Assembly: GCA_045617275.1 (NCBI GenBank)
Contig: JAZLII010000063.1
Span: 22,477-86,476, forward strand
DNA from: Bacteroidaceae bacterium
GTDB lineage: Bacteria > Bacteroidota > Bacteroidia > Bacteroidales > Bacteroidaceae
Reading direction: 5' to 3'
DNA length: 64,000 nucleotides
This document shows, in pieces, positions 20,401 to 27,806 of the stretch. The notes under the pieces were generated by a model, which saw only the letters and a list, made by a program, of their open reading frames with translations, was not told where the DNA came from and searched no databases. The position numbers were made by a program, and so were the translations under genes. The number at the start of each line of letters is the position of its first letter. Positions within the stretch are counted from its first letter, which is position 1.

Positions 20401-21813
20401 CAGGAGATCGACGTGGCCGGCATGTACCTTAGCGACAAGGCCAAGAAGCCACAGAAATGGCAGATCACCAACATGGGGCATGAGGATGCCAGCACCGTCA
20501 TACCTCCCCATGGTACACTCGTAGTCTGGTGCGACCAGTTGGAGCCCGTCAGCCAGTTGCACGCTCCCTTCAAACTTGACAATGCCGACGGAGCATCCGT
20601 AAGCATCCAGGACCAGTACGGGCGATGGAACGACCGCCTGGACTACATGGAACAACCGCGTTGGCAAACCTTCGGCCGCTATCCTGACGGAAGCAATTTC
20701 TCCACGCTGATGACCAGGCCCACCATCGGCAGTCGCAACCTCATGGGCTTCTACGACTATACACAGGACCTGCCCTCTCAATGGGACGACGGTCTCATCC
20801 ACATCACCATCGATCTGGCTCAAGGATGGAACTGGACCAGCCACAACCTGGCAAGCGACGTGCACATCTCGCGTTTCACCTCAGTTGCGCAAGAGATAGT
20901 GGGACAGAAAAGCGCTTACAAGAAAGACCCTGAGTCGGGTGAGTGGACCGGTGGCCTTGATGGCATGGAGGCCGGACTGGGCTACAAACTCAGTTGTACC
21001 TCCCCCACCCAGGTGACTCTCCGTGGCCCTCTCTTTGCATTCTCATCCACACCAGTCGCCATAAGCAAGGGATGGAACTGGATAGGATGTCCTCTCTTCC
21101 ATGCCACCACCCTGCAGTCTGCATTGGCTCAATTCAGTCCCTCTGAGGGCGACGTCATCGTGGGCCTCGACGAGATAGCCACCTTTGAAGACGGCCAATG
21201 GGAAGGCACGCTTACCTCCGTGCAGCCAGGCCAGGGCTACCTTTACAAAAGCCAGCGTGACAATAGGCTCTACTGGAACGCGCTGAGCGAGAGCAATGCC
21301 GCTCCCCGCCAGTATCGTGCCGCTCAGGCTCGCGAATCGGAGGTATGGACCTACGACATCCATGCCTATCCTCATGTGGAGAGCCTCATCGCTACCTTGC
21401 AGACCGACAAGACCGACATGGCCACCCCGCTCCTCGTAGGTGCTTTTGCGGGCGAAGAATGTCGTGGCGTAGGTCGATGGGACGGCGAACAGTTGCTCTT
21501 CAATATACATGGAGAACAGCCAGACTCATTGACATTCAGACTTTTAGATACGGATGGAAATACCTTTACATCCAAGACCCAGTTCACCTTCCAACCTCAG
21601 ACGGTACTGGGCTCACGCTTGGCTCCCTTTGTCCTGGACTTCAATCCTCAGGACATCGAAGACCTCATCGCAACGCCCAGCATGGGAGGCAAGGTGGTGG
21701 AGCGCTCGTACTACAACCTCCAGGGCCAGCAGATGGAGTCCCCACAGGGCATCTGCATAGAGAAGTGCCTGATGTCGGATGGTAGCCTGAGGGTAAGAAA
21801 AATCCGGAAATAG
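17440..21813 (+). CDS. CotH kinase-like protein with two lamin-tail (LTD) domains and a T9SS C-terminal domain
   Basis: Signal peptide MKKLIAILLLLLVAQGISAQ at 17440. LTD-like LIINEIQVCN...WIELHNTG and IRINEVSAAN...WVELYNTT. Central CotH-like region (WERPVNMEY, FRLKTDKEYEG, VLFDQDSSF). Tail YYNLQGQQMESPQGICIEK. TAG stop. Confidence 0.8.
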   Translation: MKKLIAILLLLLVAQGISAQSIYDNLIINEIQVCNTDLYIDPSNNYGAWIELHNTGTQVIKLAGLYVTDDKENPKKFKIPGSVANLKAGAFRCLWFDHNQADGNYGGQSDQQVRFKPNVEGGAIYLFDSQGSQICKVEYPAGIPRCSYARTEDGGKTWGTTGQPTPGSSNATSLFATERLPMPQLNQDGGVFEQGKKVSLTVTIPDGATLAYTTDGSTPSLTNGVCSSDRFTYLTIEQTTVLRFATFQDGFLPSPVVTRSFIFKNHDYYLPVLSVSTHPDNLFDNTIGVYCTGTNGISGKGQSEPKNWNMDWERPVNMEYMVPEQNTDGTTSFITYINQEVDLEICGGWTRAYGGNTTDGRYWEAKPSFRLKTDKEYEGINVLDYPVFPHKPYNKYKVWQVRNGGNDTYARVIDTSVSQIAIRSDFDIDAQDCQPAHIFLNGQYLGMFNIRESNNRHYGYSNWGIDTDDMDQFELGGGIRMMVGTEDAWKELVNLGLQLSKDQSEATYQQVCDRLCIDEFANFMAYGLYLGPSDWITNVNNIKAYRSRSDGGKYRFVLFDQDSSFSSDHMLQSVMNGNYGANVDDLFRYLMSYPPFKKKFVDAFCLVDGSLFDPERCEEIVQEIYNRTNKALNFEGNSSNTDVAKKARSMHNGSRMTNMQSVLSLPQPYFAEIASNIPEAQLMLNGQIIPTGKFQGFLYPIDQQIQLTAQAPAGYTFDSWTFAGSDKGIPTSSTDIIPYGASWEYYDQGSMDGRGWQGLDFDSSSQGWKSGRAPLGYGKSGSNIANKTVTQLSYGGDSNNKRPTYYFRYKFDIDELPSGDDVYELHYKVDDGFRFYINGKDINGFRCPAGCDYDYVTNDWAGDQPDTGVFTIDPADLTLGTNLLAVEVHNTSLTSSDIFWDAQLLHLTYETNSENGTLTSESFNLTEAVPTGSYIITAHYSPITDPEQLLADGITPIRINEVSAANDIYINDLGKRNDWVELYNTTDQEIDVAGMYLSDKAKKPQKWQITNMGHEDASTVIPPHGTLVVWCDQLEPVSQLHAPFKLDNADGASVSIQDQYGRWNDRLDYMEQPRWQTFGRYPDGSNFSTLMTRPTIGSRNLMGFYDYTQDLPSQWDDGLIHITIDLAQGWNWTSHNLASDVHISRFTSVAQEIVGQKSAYKKDPESGEWTGGLDGMEAGLGYKLSCTSPTQVTLRGPLFAFSSTPVAISKGWNWIGCPLFHATTLQSALAQFSPSEGDVIVGLDEIATFEDGQWEGTLTSVQPGQGYLYKSQRDNRLYWNALSESNAAPRQYRAAQARESEVWTYDIHAYPHVESLIATLQTDKTDMATPLLVGAFAGEECRGVGRWDGEQLLFNIHGEQPDSLTFRLLDTDGNTFTSKTQFTFQPQTVLGSRLAPFVLDFNPQDIEDLIATPSMGGKVVERSYYNLQGQQMESPQGICIEKCLMSDGSLRVRKIRK

Positions 21814-21853
21814 ACTTGACTTCCTGCAAGTTCTATGCGTTATCGCACAAAAA

Positions 21854-21886
21854 AGTGGGTGACGAGCATCTTGCTCATCACCCACT
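21854..21886. terminator. Bidirectional hairpin terminator between convergent CotH-like and ddh genes
   Basis: AGTGGGTGA(C)GAGCA-TCT-TGCTC(A)TCACCCACT, preceded by an A run. Confidence 0.65.
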
Positions 21887-21922
21887 CCATATATATGATT
21901 CCGCAGGAGGGAATTCTGTCGA

Positions 21923-22822
21923 TTATACCAAATGGCGGATGATATCCTCACGGTCACCGGGGAGATAGTCGATGACGGGGATCTCAATCATGGTGTACGC
22001 TCCGGGCTGCTGCTTCATAGAGGCGCGAGCCACATTGACAAGTACCTGAGCGGTCAGCGCGGGATTGTTGATCTACATGTTGAACTCGAAGAGCTGGTTG
22101 TGGGTCTGTCCACTTACACCCTTACGTACGAGGTTGACACCATGGCCCACATCGTTGAGTGCATCTACACTGTCCACCTGATATACATGGGTCTCGTCGC
22201 TTGCAAAGTAAGGATCGGCCTTGATGTCGGCAGTCACCTTCTCGAGGTCCGCACCTTCCTCCAACTCTACATATACCATACGGCGATGGATACCCTCACC
22301 GCAGGGGATGGTCATGGAGAGCGCATCCTTCACACCTTCCTTGGAGCGTACACATACGCTGTGACCCATAGAGCGGCCGGGGCCGAAATTGGTATAACTG
22401 ATACCCTTGGGAGCAAGGCTCTCCATCAGGGTGCGCACTACAGAGTCGCTTCCGGGATCCCAGCCGGCAGAGATGATGCTCACTGCACCTGCCTTCTTGG
22501 CTGCTGCATCGAGCGAGCGGCGGAGGTCACAGATCTGTCCGTGGATGTCGAAGCTGTCCACGGTATTGATACCCAGAGCCAGCATCTCGAGCGCATACTT
22601 CTCTACGCTGCGGGTGGGAGTGGCGAGGATGGCTACATCCACCTTACCCAACTCCTTGATATCCTTCACTACGGCATAGTCTGCCAACTCAGCAGGACGG
22701 TTTTCTGCACCATTGCGACGTACCACACCTACAATCTCCATATCGGGGGCTGCCTGCAAAGCCTGCAGGGTGTAACGGCCAATGTTGCCATAGCCCACGA
22801 TTGCTACCTTAATCTTACTCAT
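21923..22822 (-). pseudogene. ddh: meso-diaminopimelate D-dehydrogenase interrupted by an in-frame TAG at 22073-22075
   Basis: The track ORF 22073..22822 (249 aa, MSKIKVAIVGYGNIGRY...) ends at TAG. The same frame continues for 49 codons ([49 protein letters not shown]) to TAA at 21923-21925, giving 299 codons in total. Confidence 0.8.
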
Positions 22823-22859
22823 AATTGTCTTTAGTTTACTATTTGTCCGTTTTATGGCA

Positions 22860-22867
22860 CAAAGATA
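22860..22867 (-). promoter_or_regulatory. -7 box TATCTTTG upstream of ddh
   Basis: Reverse complement of CAAAGATA, about 38 nt upstream of the ATG at 22822. Confidence 0.4.
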
Positions 22868-23030
22868 ATCATTTTTTCAATACAAACCACGATTCGGTGA
22901 CATTTTTCTCTATATAGTGGCATGATTTGTAAACTCAAGTTTGTTTTAGCACCCATTTTGCACCTCCATAAGCCAACTTCCCCTCTTGCATCGCTCCTTG
23001 CATGCCATGCAGGTGCATTGCCTCGGTCAT

Positions 23031-23091
23031 GCGCATGCATCGGTCAAGTCAGGCGCATGCATCGGTCAAGCCAGGCGCATGCATGAAGCAG
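23031..23091. repeat. 22-bp tandem repeat x2.7 (GCGCATGCATCGGTCAAG[TC]CAG)
   Basis: Units at 23031-23052 and 23053-23074, partial unit at 23075-23091. Each unit starts with the palindrome GCATGC. Confidence 0.85.
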
Positions 23092-23126
23092 GTCATGGCT
23101 CTGCCTTTCGCGGTGGCTCATTAGAG

Positions 23127-23433
23127 TTTTTTCAAAAAAATGCAAACACTCTACCAAACATACACAACCACCTCAGATTCACAATGTTAACAAGGTAGAG
23201 TCTACGTCAAACACTCTACCAACACTCTACCAACACTCTACCAAGACTCTACCAGGAGGCATTCTGTTTTGCATTGAAACGATCGTCCTACAAAATGAAA
23301 AGTAGGTAGAGTGTTGGTAGAGTCTTGGTAGAGTGTTGGTAGAGACTTGAGGATTGACTCTACCTGTGTATTTAACTGATATTCTGCAATATACACCTCT
23401 TTGGTAGAGTGTTGCCCATTTTTTTCAAAAAAA
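23127..23433. repeat. About 300-bp nested palindrome built from 12 copies of ACTCTACC/GGTAGAGT, including 4+4 inverted 11-bp iterons
   Basis: Outer arms 23127-23158 and 23400-23433 (TTTTTTCAAAAAAATGCAAACACTCTACCAAA and its near-complement). Inner arms 23211-23254 (4 x ACACTCTACCA-type units) and 23305-23348 (4 x GGTAGAGTGTT-type units) are 40/44 complementary, around a 50-bp spacer. Confidence 0.85.
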
Positions 23434-23634
23434 TAGCATGCACCCCAATCCGGACCATGGGGAATAATCTGCGAGAATAGGGCAAGAGCGATGCGATATA
23501 ACATGCAGAAAAACGAACGCAGCACACCATAAAGCAAGAAATGTTTTAATTGTATTAAAAAATATAAAGAATCGTTTAGCCATGTGCGAAAACTTTTGTT
23601 ACTTTGCAGTCCGTAACAGCGCGCACATACTTTT

Positions 23635-24411
23635 ATGTACAAAAAACTTCTTTTATCCATGCTGGCAGCAACTTTTGTTGCGGTTCGTTGCCTGGCATGG
23701 GGGCAGGTGGGTCACGACACCACTTGCAAGATTGCAGAAAAGCACCTCACCAAGAAGGTGCAGGAGAAAATTTCCCAAGTCCTTGACGGCAAAAGCATCA
23801 TCTACTGGAGCAACTGGCTCGACAATGCCAGTCACCAGCCTGAGTATGCCTACGCATCCACTTGGCACTACAAGAACATCGATGCCGGACAGGCGTATGA
23901 AGAGGTAGTCCCCCTGGAGACCGGTGACGTGGTGACTGCACTCACAGAGCAGGTGGCCAAACTGAAATCTCACCGCCTGAGCCACGAAGAGGAAGCGCTG
24001 GCACTGAAGATGGTGGTTCACCTGATGGGCGACTTGCACCAGCCCATGCACCTCGGACACCTGAGCGATCTGGGAGGCAACCGGATTTACGTGGACTTCT
24101 TCAAGGAGCGCACCAACCTGCACCACGTGTGGGACGAGGACCTCGTGGAGAAAGGACACCACTGGACCTATGACGAGTGGACGGAGCAGATAGACCGCAC
24201 CACAAAGCAAGAGCAGGAGGAGATACTGAAAGGCAACTTCGATGACTGGGCCAAAGAGACCCTGGCCATCGCCACCCGTGTGTACGATGCCACTCCGGAG
24301 AACACCAAGATCAGCTATGACTATGTGGCCGAGTGGACACCCGTAGTGGAACAGCAGTTCCTCAGAGGTGGCCTCCGACTGGCCAGGATACTCAATGAGA
24401 TATACAGGTAA
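23635..24411 (+). CDS. Secreted S1/P1-family nuclease
   Basis: Signal peptide, then WGQVGH, HLMGDLHQPMHLGH and NLHHVWD. These match the zinc-ligand motifs of S1/P1 nucleases. Confidence 0.85.
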   Translation: MYKKLLLSMLAATFVAVRCLAWGQVGHDTTCKIAEKHLTKKVQEKISQVLDGKSIIYWSNWLDNASHQPEYAYASTWHYKNIDAGQAYEEVVPLETGDVVTALTEQVAKLKSHRLSHEEEALALKMVVHLMGDLHQPMHLGHLSDLGGNRIYVDFFKERTNLHHVWDEDLVEKGHHWTYDEWTEQIDRTTKQEQEEILKGNFDDWAKETLAIATRVYDATPENTKISYDYVAEWTPVVEQQFLRGGLRLARILNEIYR

Positions 24412-24459
24412 ATCGAAAGAAAACAAGAAACATATATTCATTAACCAAAAATCAACTTT

Positions 24460-27400
24460 ATGCAGAAAAAATTGCATTTGCTTTTTGCGCTGATGATGTT
24501 TGTAGCATCATCGGCCATGGCACAGATCACCACCTCTGGCCTGAGCGGTAAGATCACCGACGGCTCTGAGGAACTGATCGGTGCACGCGTAGAGGCTACC
24601 CACACGCCTTCCGGTACACGCTATGTAGCCGTGACCAACGCCAAGGGTCAGTATGCCATCAATGGTATGCGCGTCGGTGGTCCTTATGAGATCAAAGTGT
24701 CTTACATTGGCTTTGAGCCCAAGAGCGTGAATGGTATCACCCTCACCTTGGGAGAGACCTACCGCCAGAACTTCAACCTGAAGGAGAGCAGCCAAGAGTT
24801 GCAGGACATCGTGGTGACTGGTAGCAAGAGTAAGTTTGCCGGTCAGAAGACCGGTGCTGTCACCAACATCAGTGGTGAGCAGATGGCCAACATGCCTACC
24901 GTCGGTCGTAGCATCACTGAGTTTACTCGCCTCTCTCCCTACGGAGGCAACGGCATGACTTTCATGGGTCAGGATGGCCGTACAGCCAACTTCACCGTAG
25001 ACGGTGGTAACTTCAACAACGACTTCGGTCTGAGCGACGGTCTGCCCGGTGGTGGCAACCCCATCTCCATCGAGGCTATCGAGGAGATGCAGGTAGTCAT
25101 CGCTCCCATGGACGTTCGCCAGAGCGGCTTCATCGGCGGTGGTATCAACGCTATCACCAAGTCGGGTACCAACACCTTCAAGGGTAGTGCCTACGTTTAT
25201 CATCAGAATGAGAACATGCGCGGTGATGCCATCGACGGAGAGCAACTTCCTATCGCCCGCCAAAAGGATCGCAAGACTACCTACGGCTTCACCTTGGGCG
25301 GTCCTATCCTCAAGAACAAACTGTTCTTCTTCGTCAACGGTGAGTTCGCCAAGTCGCCCAACCAGGCCGTAACCTGGCGTGCATCAGAGAACGGTGTGGG
25401 CAACGAGACTGCCGGCCTCGCATACACCACCATCGAGGATATGCAGAAGGTTCAGGACTTTGCCATGAGCAAGTATGGCTACAACACCGGTTCCTACACC
25501 GACTTCCCCGCCGATGAGAAGAACAGCAAACTGCTTGCTCGCATCGACTGGAACATCAACGACAAGAACCATCTGGCTCTGCGCTACAACTACACCAGCA
25601 ACACCAACTGGATCGGCCCCAATGCCTCATCCATGGATGGCGGTGTACGCTCTGCATTCAATCGTACCTCGCTCTACTCCATGGCTTTCGCCAACTCTAT
25701 GTACTCTATGGACAACCTCGTCCACGGTGTATCTCTCGACCTGAACAGCCGCATCAACAACAACCTCAACAACCAGTTCCTGGCCACCTTCACCAAGAAG
25801 GACGACGTACGTGGTTCCAACTCTGACGAGTTCCCCTTCATTGACATCCAGGATGGCACGAACACGAACACCCAGTACATGTCTCTCGGCTACGAGCTCT
25901 TCACCTGGAACAATGCCGTCCACACCACCAACGCCACCGTCAAGGATGAGTTGACCTGGTACCTGGGCAACCACAAGATCTTTGGAGGACTCACCTATGA
26001 GTACCAGATGGACGACAACCAATACATGCGCAACGGTACTGGCTACTACCGCTATCGTAGCGTCAACGACTTCCTGAACGGCAACACCCCCGAGGTTGTC
26101 TGCCTCACTTATGGCTACGGTGGTGAGAAGTCACCTGCTGCTCGCGTACGTTACAATAAGGTAGGTCTCTACTTGCAGGACGAATGGACCGTAAACGACC
26201 GCTTCAACCTGAACTATGGTATCCGTCTGGAGTCTTTGATGTTCAACAACAAGGACCTCATGACCAACAATGCCATTCTGGCTCTCGACTACAACGGTCG
26301 CCACATCGATACCGGCAAATGGCCTTCAACCCAGATCATCGCTCAGCCTCGTGTGGGCTTCAACTGGGACGTACTGGGCAATAAGACCTTGAAAGTACGC
26401 GGTGGTTCTGGTATCTTCGCAGGCCGTCTGCCTATGGTATTCTTCACCAACATGCCCACCAATGGCGGTATGGTACAGTATCAGGCTCAGATCGGTCCCT
26501 CTATCAAGGATGCCAACCTGCCTCAGTCTGTACAGGACATGGGCTACACAAGCGTAAACTCTATCCTGCAGCAGTTCAACGCAGCCAACAACAATGGCTA
26601 TGGTCTGGCTGTGGATGCCAACGGCAAGGCTACCATAGAAGCTCTTCAGCAGAAGCTGATCGGCATGGGCTACCCCTCTGACATCACTCCCGAGAAGGGT
26701 GCTGCACCCAGCTCTATCTCTGCCGTAGATCCCAAGTTCAAGATGCCCATGATATGGAAGAACTCACTGGCCATCGAGTATACCTTGCCCGTAAGCTTCC
26801 CCATGACCATCACTGCCGAGGGTACTTTCAACAAGGATATCCACAAGGCTACCATCTCAGACTGGAGCATGATGGACGTAGAGGGCTTCACTCGCTGGAA
26901 CGGTGCTGATGCACGTCCCATCTTCCCCTCTAACTTCCGCACCACAAACAAGGCATTCGTGCTGGAGAATACCAGCAAGGGCTACAACTATTCATTCACT
27001 CTGAACATGAATGCAAGCCCCTGCAAGTTCATCGACCTCTTTGCAGCCTACACTCACACGGGTGCCAAGGAACTGACCTCACTGCCCGGTTCGGCTGCTG
27101 AGTCTGCCTTCACATACGTTCCCACCGTCAATGGTCCCAACAACATCAAGCTGCACAACGCTATCAACGTGGAGCCCGACCGCTTCATCGCAAGCATCAA
27201 CGGCCATGACAAGTCCAACAACCACTACAGCCTGATCTATGAGACCTGGCGCGGCGGTTACAACTACTCTTACATGATGGCCAACGATATGAATGGCGAT
27301 GGTTACAACTACGATGCTCTCTATATTCCTACAGACAAGCAGGTGGCCGATGGCGAGTTCCGTTTCGTAAGCAACGATGACCAGCAGCGCTTCATGGACT

Positions 27401-27786
27401 ACGTACACAACAGCAGCTACCTGAGCAAGCATCAGGGTGAGTATGCCGAGGCTTACAGCGTATACAGTCCTTGGGTACACCGTGTAGACGTGAGCTACAA
27501 GCACAACTTCAAGGTGAAGGCTGGCAAGCAGATGAACACCCTGCAGCTGGGCTTCGACATCAAGAACCTCATGAACCTCTTCTGCAACAGCTGGGGCGTA
27601 AGCAAGTACATGAATGCCAAGCTCAACTCAGGTCGCATCCTGAAGTACGAGAAGACCGATGCCGACGGCCACCCCGTATTCTCTACCCCCAAGGCTGTGG
27701 ACGGCAAGATCGAGACTTTCGGCCTCAACCATGCCATTGGCCAGTGCTGGTACATGTCAGTAGGTTTGAAGTATATGTTTAACTAA
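24460..27786 (+). CDS. TonB-dependent outer-membrane transporter, Oar-like (carboxypeptidase-regulatory-like N-domain + plug + about 900-aa barrel)
   Basis: Signal peptide. The GKITDG...GARVEATH...AKGQYAINGMRVGGPYEIKVSYIGF fold signature. Plug region. 1108 aa. No SusD-like gene follows. Confidence 0.85.
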   Translation: MQKKLHLLFALMMFVASSAMAQITTSGLSGKITDGSEELIGARVEATHTPSGTRYVAVTNAKGQYAINGMRVGGPYEIKVSYIGFEPKSVNGITLTLGETYRQNFNLKESSQELQDIVVTGSKSKFAGQKTGAVTNISGEQMANMPTVGRSITEFTRLSPYGGNGMTFMGQDGRTANFTVDGGNFNNDFGLSDGLPGGGNPISIEAIEEMQVVIAPMDVRQSGFIGGGINAITKSGTNTFKGSAYVYHQNENMRGDAIDGEQLPIARQKDRKTTYGFTLGGPILKNKLFFFVNGEFAKSPNQAVTWRASENGVGNETAGLAYTTIEDMQKVQDFAMSKYGYNTGSYTDFPADEKNSKLLARIDWNINDKNHLALRYNYTSNTNWIGPNASSMDGGVRSAFNRTSLYSMAFANSMYSMDNLVHGVSLDLNSRINNNLNNQFLATFTKKDDVRGSNSDEFPFIDIQDGTNTNTQYMSLGYELFTWNNAVHTTNATVKDELTWYLGNHKIFGGLTYEYQMDDNQYMRNGTGYYRYRSVNDFLNGNTPEVVCLTYGYGGEKSPAARVRYNKVGLYLQDEWTVNDRFNLNYGIRLESLMFNNKDLMTNNAILALDYNGRHIDTGKWPSTQIIAQPRVGFNWDVLGNKTLKVRGGSGIFAGRLPMVFFTNMPTNGGMVQYQAQIGPSIKDANLPQSVQDMGYTSVNSILQQFNAANNNGYGLAVDANGKATIEALQQKLIGMGYPSDITPEKGAAPSSISAVDPKFKMPMIWKNSLAIEYTLPVSFPMTITAEGTFNKDIHKATISDWSMMDVEGFTRWNGADARPIFPSNFRTTNKAFVLENTSKGYNYSFTLNMNASPCKFIDLFAAYTHTGAKELTSLPGSAAESAFTYVPTVNGPNNIKLHNAINVEPDRFIASINGHDKSNNHYSLIYETWRGGYNYSYMMANDMNGDGYNYDALYIPTDKQVADGEFRFVSNDDQQRFMDYVHNSSYLSKHQGEYAEAYSVYSPWVHRVDVSYKHNFKVKAGKQMNTLQLGFDIKNLMNLFCNSWGVSKYMNAKLNSGRILKYEKTDADGHPVFSTPKAVDGKIETFGLNHAIGQCWYMSVGLKYMFN

Positions 27787-27806
27787 TATTGTACAGTCAT
27801 AAGATT

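Noticed and set aside
22073-22075. TAG reassignment (for example to pyrrolysine or another sense reading) as the explanation for the ddh amber codon
   Set aside because: TAG terminates at least six other well-supported genes in this window at sensible protein ends. No pyl-type genes are seen here.
22852-23198. ORFs of 60-70 aa (22852..23040 minus, 22986..23198 plus) in the ddh-nuclease gap
   Set aside because: They are encoded by the 22-bp tandem repeat region and have no start context or motif. They are most likely non-coding.
23599-23606. TTACTTTG as the -7 box for the nuclease operon
   Set aside because: It deviates from TAnnTTTG at the second position. It may still be the promoter, but it is not well enough supported to list.
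23238-23660. 140-aa minus-strand ORF spanning the iteron palindrome and overlapping the nuclease start
   Set aside because: It is translated largely from repeat DNA, has no recognisable motif, overlaps the start of a well-supported gene, and has odd composition.
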